Shown: one piece after another, positions 16,216 to 26,308 of the stretch
Layout: every line of letters begins with the position of its first letter
How positions within the stretch are numbered: the stretch's first letter is position 1
Source: a virus
Lineage: Duplodnaviria > Caudoviricetes
Virus record (IMG/VR): IMGVR_UViG_3300044216_004308
Location: 1-35,679 of that record
DNA: 35,679 nucleotides
Direction: 5' to 3' (one strand)
The notes under the pieces: generated by a model
Seen by the model: the letters and a program-made list of their open reading frames with translations, nothing else
Told to the model about the DNA's origin: nothing
The model's database searches: none
Made by a program: the position numbers and the translations under genes

Positions 16216-17997
16216 TTATGTTGTTTCAGTAATTAGTTCATCTTCATTAGAGAATGATGTAAAGCCATTTTCTTTTATAACATTAAGAACATTAGTAACA
16301 CGTCCATATAATTCATCTCTATGTGATATTAAGAATATTGAACGACTTCTATCACGTTGCATTTTCTTTAATACTGCAAGTGAAGATTCAACACCGTTCG
16401 TATCCATACCACTATCAATAAGTTCGTCTACAAATAATACGTTAATTGTACTATAAAGAGATTCAAATATATCACGGAAACTCCAACTTAATCCTAAGAT
16501 AAGTCTGTTACGTTCACCTCTAGATAAATTATCAAAGTCTAGTTCACGACCTAATTCTGTAATTTCTACAGTTAAATCACTCATGAATCTTACTTCGTGT
16601 GGCAAACCAAGTTTATCAAGATAAAATTCTAAACGTGAATTTAAATATGATAAGTTTTGGTCAATAATCTTTTTACGAATAAAACTGTCTTTGTTTGTTA
16701 ACAGTTTCATCAAGAAGTCCTGATGTTCACGATAAGATTGTAATGCATTCATTTTAGAATAATCTAATTCTTCCAAGCTACTTTCACGCATTTCTTTTAT
16801 TTGTTCTGTATAAGGATCTTCTTGTTTCTTTTTAGTTTCGATTTGTTCTTTTAATACACTAACTGAGTTTTGATGTTCATATGCATCGTTTAGATTATCG
16901 TAGAATACACTAGGCTTGTCACCTAGTTCACCTACTTCTTCTATAACTTTCGTATGTGTATCTAATTTTGTATAGTTTTCCATTAAGTGTGATTTAGTTT
17001 CACCTAATAGTTCTTCTTTTTCTTTTAAAATTTCTTCTTGTTTAGCATCATGTACTTCTTGTCCACAAGCAAAACATTTGTGGTCTTTAATCTTTTCTAT
17101 ATCACTTAATACTCTTGTTTCTAAATCGGAAAATTTTTTGTTATCGGCTGAAATACTATCAACCCAACGTTGTGCTTCTTCTAGTTTAGATTTCTTTTCT
17201 GTATATTCATTTAGAGTTTGATGATTTGCAATTTCTTGTTTGATATCAACATGTGATAAAGAATTCAATGCATCTTCTAATTCTTTTAATTCTTTGTCAT
17301 GTTTGTCTTGCCAAATATGTTGTCTGCGTTCTATATCTGTAATGTTTTTAAGAATACGTGAATTAGCATCTTCTATTGATTTTAAATTGTATTCTTCTTC
17401 TTTTATTTCGTCTTTTGTTTCTTTGATTACTTCTTTAAGTGCCTCTGCTTTACGAGACAACTCAGTAATACCTAATAATTCTTCGATTAGTTCACGTTGG
17501 TCATTTGCTCTCATACTCAAGAAAGGATCCGTGTATGTGTTTAGAGCAACAATGTGTTTGAACATTGCATGAGAAATACCAATAATCGAATCAACTTCGA
17601 CTTGTGTTTGTCTCATTTCACCTTGTGCTACATCATCAGCACCATCGTTTAAATCTATTCCGTCTCTGATAAAACGAAATACATTTGGTCTACGACCACG
17701 TTCAATTCTATATTGACTTCCATTGTATTCAAAGTCAATCGTAACAAGCATGTTCTTTGCATTTGTCTTGTTAATTAAATTGTCTTTTCTGATATTTGTA
17801 AGTGCATTGCCGTATATACCAAAAGACAAAGCATTGATAAGAGTAGTTTTACCTGTACCATTACGAGAACCATCACCACCTAAATCTAAGTTGTTACCTA
17901 AAACAAGAGTCAAATTATCTCTTTCAAGGTCAACAGCCTGTGTGACGTTTCCTACACTCATAAAGTTTCGGATCGTAATATTTTTTATTTTTAGCAA
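16216..17997 (-). CDS. gp46: Recombination endonuclease ATPase subunit (gp46 / SbcC / Rad50)
   Basis: Walker A GSRNGTGKTT, zinc hook CFAC, signature LSRGE, Walker B LFVDE; TTG start with GAGAGG SD. Confidence 0.93.
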   Translation of the reverse strand: MLKIKNITIRNFMSVGNVTQAVDLERDNLTLVLGNNLDLGGDGSRNGTGKTTLINALSFGIYGNALTNIRKDNLINKTNAKNMLVTIDFEYNGSQYRIERGRRPNVFRFIRDGIDLNDGADDVAQGEMRQTQVEVDSIIGISHAMFKHIVALNTYTDPFLSMRANDQRELIEELLGITELSRKAEALKEVIKETKDEIKEEEYNLKSIEDANSRILKNITDIERRQHIWQDKHDKELKELEDALNSLSHVDIKQEIANHQTLNEYTEKKSKLEEAQRWVDSISADNKKFSDLETRVLSDIEKIKDHKCFACGQEVHDAKQEEILKEKEELLGETKSHLMENYTKLDTHTKVIEEVGELGDKPSVFYDNLNDAYEHQNSVSVLKEQIETKKKQEDPYTEQIKEMRESSLEELDYSKMNALQSYREHQDFLMKLLTNKDSFIRKKIIDQNLSYLNSRLEFYLDKLGLPHEVRFMSDLTVEITELGRELDFDNLSRGERNRLILGLSWSFRDIFESLYSTINVLFVDELIDSGMDTNGVESSLAVLKKMQRDRSRSIFLISHRDELYGRVTNVLNVIKENGFTSFSNEDELITETT

Positions 17998-18001
17998 AGT
18001 A

Positions 18002-18604
18002 TTACCTCTCTCTTGCGAATTTGCCTAGTTGTATTGGATCTAAACTGATTTCATTTATATTAACATATTCTGGTTGTTTTATCAACCATAAAACTATCTC
18101 AGCAATGTATTCTGTATCTATAAGTTTTCTTTCTGGGTGTTTTTTCATAACACTTGGAGTAGTTAAACTGCCTGGTGATATCAATGTTGATTTGATATTA
18201 GAACCTCCTTGTGTCATATAAGTTAAGTCACGATTATAATTTTTTAATGCTTTCTTTTCTGTTGGATATCTCCATGTTCTTCCTTTGACACCAGTATCCG
18301 CAGTAGAACCAATATTAATGATATGTGCAGACCTTTCTTTTTCTACGCATTTAGAATATATTTGTTCCGCTATCATTATTTGATGAAACTTCCATAGTGC
18401 GGCGTTATTGATGAATATATCGAAACCGTCATTAATAAAATATTCTGCCAATCTTTCTTGTTCTTCACCTCGGTCTAACGACCAGTTATTGCTACGACTA
18501 GCAGTACGATAACTAATATTATCCACACTATCAAAAAGATTGCATATCGCTTTGCAAAGCCCATAGTATTTGTTCCCTGTTATTAATACGTATAAGTCTT
18601 TCAT
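18002..18604 (-). CDS. Short-chain dehydrogenase/reductase (SDR family)
   Basis: LITGNKYYGLC Rossmann-like motif, DIFINNAA, IINIGS, catalytic YPTEK (YxxxK), ISPG. Confidence 0.85.
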   Translation of the reverse strand: MKDLYVLITGNKYYGLCKAICNLFDSVDNISYRTASRSNNWSLDRGEEQERLAEYFINDGFDIFINNAALWKFHQIMIAEQIYSKCVEKERSAHIINIGSTADTGVKGRTWRYPTEKKALKNYNRDLTYMTQGGSNIKSTLISPGSLTTPSVMKKHPERKLIDTEYIAEIVLWLIKQPEYVNINEISLDPIQLGKFARER

Positions 18605-19620
18605 TATAAATTCTGATACAATTCTACTAAAATCTTTTTATTGAAACTTCCACCCTCATCGATAGAATTTAATTGTGAAATTACTATTTCATCAATCGTT
18701 TCAAAATGAAGTTCAGCACCGGTATCATCTTCATGTTGTGTGTTTTTCATTGGTTGTAATGATATATCTCTTAAGTCATATGCTTCAATAAATGTATCTT
18801 TGATAAAGTTTGCCTCTTCATAAGATATATCAATATCAAGTGTAATTCTTGCAGTTGTTTTTGGTAATAGATATTTTGAAGGATCTACAAGCAAGTCAGA
18901 CAACGTGATATTTTTATATTTAGGAGCATCGGGCCATGCAAAGAACTCAGGATCTTTCCCCCAATCAAGGAACATCCAACCTCGTTCATCATCTCCTGCA
19001 TCGGAGAAGTTATGTGGGAAAGCATTGCCCGTATATATCACGTTGCCTTTAATTTGCCGGTGATGAAAATGCCCTGAAAAAACGAACTCTTGGTTCGTAA
19101 ACATCTCACTTTTTAAACCTCCATGGTCCGGCATTTCGACCATTGCGTTTAATTTAAATGTGGGAAGTTCAAAGTGTCCGAACATGTACTTACTTCGCAT
19201 CTTCGGAATTTTTTTCCATTCATCACCAACCAGCCAACTGACAAATGTACAATCTCCTTCGGAGAGTACACTGTCTATCAGGATTATGTTTGGTAACTCT
19301 TTTGCAAACTCTACTGAATTTACGTCACGTGTTTCACGGTAAAACAAGTCATGATTACCTAAAATAAAATAAACTTTTTCAAATGCGTTGTTTAGTTTAC
19401 GCAATCCATCTAATGAATACTTCATGGTTGATATATTAAGACTAGCACGATTATGATGCCAGTCACCACCAAACACACAAGTTTCACAACCTTTTGCTTT
19501 GGCTTGTTCTATAAACCAATCAATGAATTCATCACAATCTTCATTGTGTTGTCTTGCGTTGTTACGCATTCCATAATGGATATCAGTAAACCAAGCGGCT
19601 TTTTTGAAAAGATTAGTCAT
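18604..19620 (-). CDS. gp47: Recombination endonuclease nuclease subunit (gp47 / SbcD / Mre11)
   Basis: Metallophosphoesterase motifs DIHYG, GGDWHH, GNHD, GHFE, SGHFH; likely start MTNLFKK at 19620. Confidence 0.92.
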   Translation of the reverse strand: MTNLFKKAAWFTDIHYGMRNNARQHNEDCDEFIDWFIEQAKAKGCETCVFGGDWHHNRASLNISTMKYSLDGLRKLNNAFEKVYFILGNHDLFYRETRDVNSVEFAKELPNIILIDSVLSEGDCTFVSWLVGDEWKKIPKMRSKYMFGHFELPTFKLNAMVEMPDHGGLKSEMFTNQEFVFSGHFHHRQIKGNVIYTGNAFPHNFSDAGDDERGWMFLDWGKDPEFFAWPDAPKYKNITLSDLLVDPSKYLLPKTTARITLDIDISYEEANFIKDTFIEAYDLRDISLQPMKNTQHEDDTGAELHFETIDEIVISQLNSIDEGGSFNKKILVELYQNL

Positions 19621-20485
19621 TATCGGCGTATATCTCTTTGATTGTCTCTGTAGGTATTTGGTCATCAGTAATACGTGTTTTGATTACTTTCTGCCAACGT
19701 TCCTGCGATTTCATTTCATGTTCTAACTGTCTAGTCCAACTTGGCATCTGACCTGATTTTTCTAATAAGTCATCACGAATACCTTGATTTTTCTTTTCAG
19801 TATTAAGAACACGTGTAAATGAATTGTTAACAGCCGCGGTATAATACGCAAATGGATTGTCACTTTTTGCCTCGTTAAATTGTAAACCAATTTGTGTAAG
19901 TTGTAAAAGTGCTTGTCCTCTCATTTCGTCAATATATGTATATCCACGCCAGTTACTTCTTTGAGAATAACGCTCTACTAATTTAATGTACATATTGGCA
20001 AGTTTTGCAGTTATTTTGCCACCCTGTAAATCAAATTCTTTGTTTTTATTATAATGTGAAATTCCAACTTCTCTAAATTTTCTTCCGTCTAGTACATAAT
20101 GTTTAAAAGGTGGGAAGTTTAATTTTACTTTATGGTCAGCTATAGACTTTGGATTATTTTTTCTTCCTGGTTCGTCAGGAATATGCTCAAAAGTCATAAT
20201 TCTAAAAACTAAATCATTCTTATCTATTGTGTCTAAATCGACTAAAAAATCTGATTGTCTTTTCTTTTTATCTGTATTAAGTTCCCAGGCTTCTTTTTGC
20301 ATTCTATCTGCCCGGTTTTGTTTTGCTTGGTCTATCGAATCACGAATTTCTTTGGTATCATTAAGGATAATATCATATTGATGATGCTTATCTCTGTCTT
20401 CAAACCAGCTATAATTAGCTTTAGAAGTGTGAATCTGCCTCAGCATATCTTTGTTGTTTAAATAATTTTGACCTCTACGTGCCAT
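19613..20485 (-). CDS. gp55: Late-transcription sigma factor (gp55-like), longer than T4 gp55
   Basis: NYLNNKDML, NWRGYTYIDEM, KSDNPFAYYT....SF.R....EKK; upstream of gp47 and gp46 as in T4-like phages. Confidence 0.85.
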   Translation of the reverse strand: MARRGQNYLNNKDMLRQIHTSKANYSWFEDRDKHHQYDIILNDTKEIRDSIDQAKQNRADRMQKEAWELNTDKKKRQSDFLVDLDTIDKNDLVFRIMTFEHIPDEPGRKNNPKSIADHKVKLNFPPFKHYVLDGRKFREVGISHYNKNKEFDLQGGKITAKLANMYIKLVERYSQRSNWRGYTYIDEMRGQALLQLTQIGLQFNEAKSDNPFAYYTAAVNNSFTRVLNTEKKNQGIRDDLLEKSGQMPSWTRQLEHEMKSQERWQKVIKTRITDDQIPTETIKEIYADND

Positions 20486-20510
20486 GGTTTTGCTCCTAAT
20501 TAATAGTACA

Positions 20511-20540
20511 ATTATATACTAAATTGCAACCGGTTGTCAA
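20511..20540 (-). promoter_or_regulatory. Sigma70-type promoter for the gp55-gp47-SDR-gp46 operon
   Basis: TTGACA-N18-TATAAT. Confidence 0.65.
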
Positions 20541-20559
20541 GCTAAATATTTACTTTTTT

Positions 20560-20573
20560 AAACTACGAACTTT
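20560..20573. promoter_or_regulatory. Palindromic operator-like site, copy 2 (AAACTaCGAAcTTT)
   Basis: Ends 8 nt before the late promoter at 20582. Confidence 0.5.
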
Positions 20574-20581
20574 ATATAACG

Positions 20582-20589
20582 ATAAATAC
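20582..20589 (+). promoter_or_regulatory. Late promoter of the baseplate operon
   Basis: GATAAATAC followed by AAGGAG SD and ATG at 20609. Confidence 0.7.
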
Positions 20590-20608
20590 ACAAAAGAAGG
20601 AGAATTTA

Positions 20609-21181
20609 ATGTCCGAAAACTTATATGAAAGAGTACAGCCAGTTTATATTTCAGATCCTAGCGGAAGACTAAGTGCATCAGGATTAGGAACAATACAGTT
20701 TCCATATACACCTACTCTTAGTGTTATTACGCAAACTGGTTATAGTTCATACGATTTGACACATTCAAACTTTCAACAAAGAGCATTTGAAATGGCGTCA
20801 AATACAGAATTTAACATGGCGGCTCCTATTATTATTCGTAGTGAAGAAGAGGCTCAATCTGTTTTAAAGATGGGACAGTTTCTTAGAGGTGCATTGAAAA
20901 TGAATTTTGGTTGGCGAGATGAAGATGCTGGTCTACCCCCTCCGGTGTTAAGACTTTACGCACATGGAATATATACAAATGTTCCTATACTTGTAAGAGA
21001 CTTTACATGGAACTTAGACCAAGATGTTGACTATATCAAAGTGTCTTCAGGCGAAAGAGTACCAGTACAACAAACATTCGTTCTATCACTAACCACAACA
21101 TATTCTCCAAAAAACGTAAGAGATAATTTCACAATGAATGATTTCTTAAGTGGTAAACTAAAGAATAAGGGGTATATCTAA
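20609..21181 (+). CDS. Baseplate / tail-tube initiator-like protein
   Basis: FPYTP, THSNF and G.PPPVLRL motifs of tube-initiator-like proteins; directly upstream of gp53. Confidence 0.6.
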   Translation: MSENLYERVQPVYISDPSGRLSASGLGTIQFPYTPTLSVITQTGYSSYDLTHSNFQQRAFEMASNTEFNMAAPIIIRSEEEAQSVLKMGQFLRGALKMNFGWRDEDAGLPPPVLRLYAHGIYTNVPILVRDFTWNLDQDVDYIKVSSGERVPVQQTFVLSLTTTYSPKNVRDNFTMNDFLSGKLKNKGYI

Positions 21182-21474
21182 TGGCATATGATCCTACTTC
21201 TCCTTGGAAAAAGACTGCAATATTACAAGATAAAATATTGGATATAATGAATGATGTATTTCTAGAGGCAGATCCTTTAGATGAAATTTACGAGATACCA
21301 CAAGAGTACAACCAAAGACCAGATTTAGCTAGTTATAAATTGTATGGTACTTCAAAATATTGGTGGATTTTTGCAAAGAGAAACCCTGACACAATAGAAG
21401 ATCCTATTAGAGACTTTACGGCAGGAACAAAGATAGCAATTCCTAGCAAAAATCAAATCGATAACATGAAGTAA
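21181..21474 (+). CDS. gp53: Baseplate wedge protein (gp53-like, LysM-related)
   Basis: RPDLASYKLYGTSKYWWIFAKRN...G..I.IP motif. Confidence 0.85.
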   Translation: MAYDPTSPWKKTAILQDKILDIMNDVFLEADPLDEIYEIPQEYNQRPDLASYKLYGTSKYWWIFAKRNPDTIEDPIRDFTAGTKIAIPSKNQIDNMK

Positions 21475-21478
21475 AACA

Positions 21479-24400
21479 ATGGCTGTAAGAAGTGTAAGAA
21501 ACAATAATCCAGGAAATATCAGAACAAACTCAACTAAATGGGTTGGTAAAGTTGGGGACGATGGCTCATTCGTTACCTTTTCTACACCTGAAAAAGGTGT
21601 TAGAGCAATGGCAAAAACTTTAGAGACTTATCAGGATAAACATAATTTAAAAACACCTGCTCAAATTATTGGTCGTTACGCACCGCCAAATGAAAATAAT
21701 ACTCAAGCATATATAAATGCAGTAAGTGAGGCCGCAGGTTTAAGCCCGAATCAAGAAATAGATTTAAGTGCAAATCCAGAAATACATAAAAAATTTATTG
21801 CGGCAATGATAAAACATGAAGGAGGCGCAGAGGCGGCTCAATATTTTAATCAAGGCAATATTATCGATAATGGTATTCGAATGGCTGTCGATGAAGATTT
21901 TGATAAAGCACAAGCAGGATTAGACGATACTGAGGCAAATAAAGCATATCTTGATGCACTAAGCGAAAAAGAATCAGAATCAATAGATGATATAGTAGAA
22001 GAAGAAAACCAACTTGATCCACAAGATGCTACTAGAAAAGTTTTAAATAACGCAACAAGTCTAGCCCAACTTATCGATGGTATGGAAGCCAGAAAGTTAT
22101 TCTGGGATAATGAATTAGATAGATTTCAAAACTATACTTACAACATAGAATTGTTTTGTATAAATCAACAAGAGGCGGCAAAATACTTAGCATATGAAAA
22201 CACACCAAGTTTATTAGATGATGTTGTTAATGATGCTTGGCCATCAGACAGTATTGAAAAAATAACTATTGCAAAAACAGGTGTAACTACAGAATTAAAC
22301 ATAACAGACTTAACTATAACATCACTTGGTACAGGAAGTAATACGACATCAAGAATAGCCGGTACGGCTAAAGATGTATCTTTTACTATCACACAAGTAG
22401 GCGGTACGTCATTACCTGATATGCTTAATAATACAGTTTTATTATGTGGATATCCAAACTTAGGTGCGGCAACTTTGTTTTTGAAAATAAAATTTATCGG
22501 ATATGATGAAAACGACCAAGTTATACGAAACTTCCCTGCAACAAAAGTTCTACCAATTAAAATAAAAAAATATTCACAATTAGGTTCTGAGACAGATGCA
22601 AGAGGTACAAGTACACAATTAGAAGCAGTTGTTTACCAAGATGAAGTAGTTACAAGTACTGCGGTTTCACAAGTTGATTATAATTTTGAGTTTCCAGTAA
22701 AAGACACTTTAGATGAAACACTTCAAGAATTTTTTAATTCACTTAACGAAAGTGTAAAAGAAAAAGCAGTTATTAGTGACCCTAACTTTATCAACGAATA
22801 TAAATTTGAAATGTCACCTGAGTTTAAACAAGAATTCGGACAATCAGAAATGAAAGAACCAGGCCATCCAAATATGGCATCAGGTAATAACGAAACAGAC
22901 AAAAAAGCAAAGATAAAATTAGGACAACAAACAGGTGTAATGACACCTGGTATTTCAGTTTATAATGCAATAGAAAGTATAATATTAAATGCAAAACAAA
23001 TAAGAGATGAACTTACTGAGTCTAAAGATAAAGCAACAAAACTTTTTAGAATTTTACCTCACGGTGAACCAAAGATAGCAGGATACAATGTTCTTAGTGG
23101 TAGTTACAGTTATATCGTAACGTATTACATAACACTTCAAAAGACTATAATTCCAAAAAATCAAATTGATAACGCAAATATAATTGCATCAACGGCAAAA
23201 ATATTAAAAGATATATTTTTAGATGGACGTTGCCATAAAAGATATTATCATACCTATACAGGAAAAAATGACCAAATACTAGATTTTAGAGTCACCCTAA
23301 CTGAACAGTTACAAAAATCATATTCAAAACCAGCTGATGCGTATATGGCAAATGTATTTTTAGATTCAATAGGAGACTACAGAAAAGAAATTGATAAAAA
23401 AGCGGATCAGAAATTAACAGAACTTGAGGCTGAGGCAAAAATATTACAAAAAGAATTTGATAAACAGGAAGAAGAAACAGAAAAACTTATTAAAGATTTT
23501 GGTGAGATGAACGAGAAACTAAAATCTAAATTTCTTAATAAACTCAGACAGTCAGGCATTCAAGGAAAGTTTGGTAGAGCCGATTCTAACCTTTTTAAAG
23601 ATGCAGACATTAATCAAATTAAAAGTATTCTTCAATCAGGCGATACCAAAGGCGCCACTCAAGCATACGATGTATTGAATGATATACTAAAAGGCGAAGT
23701 AAGAAAAAACTTTAATACGTTGAATAATCAAGTTAGAGATGCACAACTAAAAACAAATGCGGCACAGAAAAAACTAGAAGAAAATCAAAAAGAAGATGAT
23801 GATGTTACTAGAGAAGCATTGGGACATCTGTTATCTAATAAAGCATTAGAGGCTACAAGTGCTATAGGAGAAAGTTGGAAATCGTTAGGCCTAGGTGGTG
23901 AGGGCGATACCGGTATTGTTCTTACTGAGGAACTAGATAGAGAAATTATTAAAAAATTAAGTATTGACCAATTTAGTTCTTTAATGAAAACACTCGTAGA
24001 AAATCCAGTTAACTTTGAACGAATAACTAAACCATTACTTCAAAAACCAACGAAATTAAATATTATCAAACACCCAAATCAAGAAGAAATAGAATTAGCA
24101 CAAGAAAAATATTATGAAGGTATAACGGCCAATCAGAGTATGATACAGGCTTCGATGACTATTAAAGGTGATCCTTTTTGGATTGAAACAAACTTACCAA
24201 TTGAAGTAGAAAAAGGAAAGTTTGGCACAAAGAATACAAATGAAAATTTTAAAATGCACACTACTCAAATGAATGGTTACAATTATGTAGTTATTATTAT
24301 TGATAAAGCAGAGGGAAACTTTTTAGAAAATTCAGATAGAATTGGCCAAGATGCGGCAAACTCAGACGGTATTAAGAAAACTAGATTAGAAACTATGATA

Positions 24401-26308
24401 TATCTAGTAAACGAAATACAAAGTCAATTCAGTGGTGGTAGATTTATACAAACAATGCAAATGGTTAAGCAACCATCAGCAAGTACATTTAAAGAAGTCA
24501 AACCGACAATTTTCTCAGGTGTTGGTACACCAGTAAATTGGGGAATGGAACAAGAACGTTATCAAAATATTGCACCAGAATTAGGAACAAATGAGAACGT
24601 AACAGAAAAGGAAAAACAAAGTGCAGATGCAAGTAACATTACTACTCCAGTCGGTGCAGGAACGGCAGTAAATGAAGAAGGCGAGAAAGTTGTAGTAGAT
24701 ACTCAGGCGGCGGCAGTAATTGCCGCAAATGCCCATAGAGCAAATGTAAATTTATTCATTGATGCTCAGGGTCAAAGTAGTGGTATACCTTCAGAAGCAC
24801 AAGCAAAACAACTTGCCCTAACAACTACACAACTTAATCATTTATGTAATATGGGTGAACAGTTTGCATGTGTAACTTTAGCTGAAGGCAGAAATGCAAT
24901 CAGATCCCATTTTGGCAGTGCAGATGAGTCTAGAGATATTATTAATCAAGCAATAGATGGCGGTGATACTGTATCTGCGGCCACAGTTGCAATGTTAGAT
25001 GAAACATATGAAGCCTTGGGTGAGGAAAGAATTCAAGATGGTGTAGTTAATATTCAACAAGACGATTTAGATAATTGGAATAATCAAATCAAAGAAGACA
25101 TGGATAGAAGTTATTTAGGAAATAATGATGTTCTATTTAATCCAAATGAAGCAATGGATAGTTTAGAACCAAATGACAACTATGGACCTGCAGGAACAAA
25201 AGCACTGTTAAATGGTGATATAGAATTATCTAACAAAGGTGTAAAAAGAAGTAATATAGCAGATAGGAATGGAGTAATTAGAAGTTTTGGTTATGAAATA
25301 GAACCCAATACAATGACAGCCGGTGAACTTAATAAAGTATCTTCACTTAATGAGGAAGCAAACTCTATTATCAATGGTAGAAGTTTACATGATTTAAGTG
25401 ATGAAGAATATTCACAAGTAAAGTCTATTGAAGGTACTATCAAACAGATGAATACCAACGCAACAACAGGAACTAGAGGCGAAGTTAGAGATGCACTTGA
25501 GGCTGAAAGATTAACAACACAAATTCAAAAAGATGAGGCAGAATTAGCAGAAGTAAATGATGATTTAGATAGCTGGTATTGGACTAAAAAGGGCAGAAGG
25601 GATGATGAGGAAAGAAAACAAGAACTGGAAAAATCTATTGCAGACAATAGAGCATCGTTACAATCTGTTTCTAAAGATCCAGTATCCACAGTAGTAACAA
25701 CTACAGATGCAAATGGTGACAAAGTTTATACACCAATAGAAGAGGCTGTAAAAGTAACTGACCCTGAAATAACAACTATACCTGTAAAAGTAGGTGATGA
25801 TAATCGTGTCGATGTTGTTACACAAGATGGATTAGAAGATTATAAACAAGAGGGTGATGCAGTATTAAGTGATGCCCAAGTTGCAGAATATAAAGGTGCT
25901 AGTTCAGTTTATAATCAAATAATAGAACAAGCAAATGCAAAACCAAGAGTACAATTTACTGATGAATTTGGTACAGAAGAAATTTTAGATTATTCAAATC
26001 TAGATCCTATAAGTTATGTAGATGAAAATGGAACTACTATAACTATACAAGATCCTAGTACACATTTTGGATTAGTTGATACAACTAAAGGTGCAAATGA
26101 TATATCAAGATACACATTAAATAGTTCAACATTAAAAGACAAAGTTGCATCAAGTAATAATTTTCCAAATGTTGATACCGCTGATACTAGATTATCGTCA
26201 ACAAATGCAAATGATTCTGATGGAATAATTCAAACAACAATAGGTGCAAATGATTTTATAATTGTAGCAGATGAAAGAATTAACACACAAGAGGATGGAC
26301 CACAATAA
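21479..26308 (+). CDS. Large baseplate hub-like protein with N-terminal lysozyme/transglycosylase-like domain
   Basis: N-terminal RNNNPGNIR...F.TPEKG.RAM...RYAPPNENNT..Y...MIKHEGG. YTGKNDQILDF and IKGDPFWI are typical of hub proteins; long coiled-coil and acidic inserts; between gp53 and gp5. Confidence 0.65.
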   Translation: MAVRSVRNNNPGNIRTNSTKWVGKVGDDGSFVTFSTPEKGVRAMAKTLETYQDKHNLKTPAQIIGRYAPPNENNTQAYINAVSEAAGLSPNQEIDLSANPEIHKKFIAAMIKHEGGAEAAQYFNQGNIIDNGIRMAVDEDFDKAQAGLDDTEANKAYLDALSEKESESIDDIVEEENQLDPQDATRKVLNNATSLAQLIDGMEARKLFWDNELDRFQNYTYNIELFCINQQEAAKYLAYENTPSLLDDVVNDAWPSDSIEKITIAKTGVTTELNITDLTITSLGTGSNTTSRIAGTAKDVSFTITQVGGTSLPDMLNNTVLLCGYPNLGAATLFLKIKFIGYDENDQVIRNFPATKVLPIKIKKYSQLGSETDARGTSTQLEAVVYQDEVVTSTAVSQVDYNFEFPVKDTLDETLQEFFNSLNESVKEKAVISDPNFINEYKFEMSPEFKQEFGQSEMKEPGHPNMASGNNETDKKAKIKLGQQTGVMTPGISVYNAIESIILNAKQIRDELTESKDKATKLFRILPHGEPKIAGYNVLSGSYSYIVTYYITLQKTIIPKNQIDNANIIASTAKILKDIFLDGRCHKRYYHTYTGKNDQILDFRVTLTEQLQKSYSKPADAYMANVFLDSIGDYRKEIDKKADQKLTELEAEAKILQKEFDKQEEETEKLIKDFGEMNEKLKSKFLNKLRQSGIQGKFGRADSNLFKDADINQIKSILQSGDTKGATQAYDVLNDILKGEVRKNFNTLNNQVRDAQLKTNAAQKKLEENQKEDDDVTREALGHLLSNKALEATSAIGESWKSLGLGGEGDTGIVLTEELDREIIKKLSIDQFSSLMKTLVENPVNFERITKPLLQKPTKLNIIKHPNQEEIELAQEKYYEGITANQSMIQASMTIKGDPFWIETNLPIEVEKGKFGTKNTNENFKMHTTQMNGYNYVVIIIDKAEGNFLENSDRIGQDAANSDGIKKTRLETMIYLVNEIQSQFSGGRFIQTMQMVKQPSASTFKEVKPTIFSGVGTPVNWGMEQERYQNIAPELGTNENVTEKEKQSADASNITTPVGAGTAVNEEGEKVVVDTQAAAVIAANAHRANVNLFIDAQGQSSGIPSEAQAKQLALTTTQLNHLCNMGEQFACVTLAEGRNAIRSHFGSADESRDIINQAIDGGDTVSAATVAMLDETYEALGEERIQDGVVNIQQDDLDNWNNQIKEDMDRSYLGNNDVLFNPNEAMDSLEPNDNYGPAGTKALLNGDIELSNKGVKRSNIADRNGVIRSFGYEIEPNTMTAGELNKVSSLNEEANSIINGRSLHDLSDEEYSQVKSIEGTIKQMNTNATTGTRGEVRDALEAERLTTQIQKDEAELAEVNDDLDSWYWTKKGRRDDEERKQELEKSIADNRASLQSVSKDPVSTVVTTTDANGDKVYTPIEEAVKVTDPEITTIPVKVGDDNRVDVVTQDGLEDYKQEGDAVLSDAQVAEYKGASSVYNQIIEQANAKPRVQFTDEFGTEEILDYSNLDPISYVDENGTTITIQDPSTHFGLVDTTKGANDISRYTLNSSTLKDKVASSNNFPNVDTADTRLSSTNANDSDGIIQTTIGANDFIIVADERINTQEDGPQ

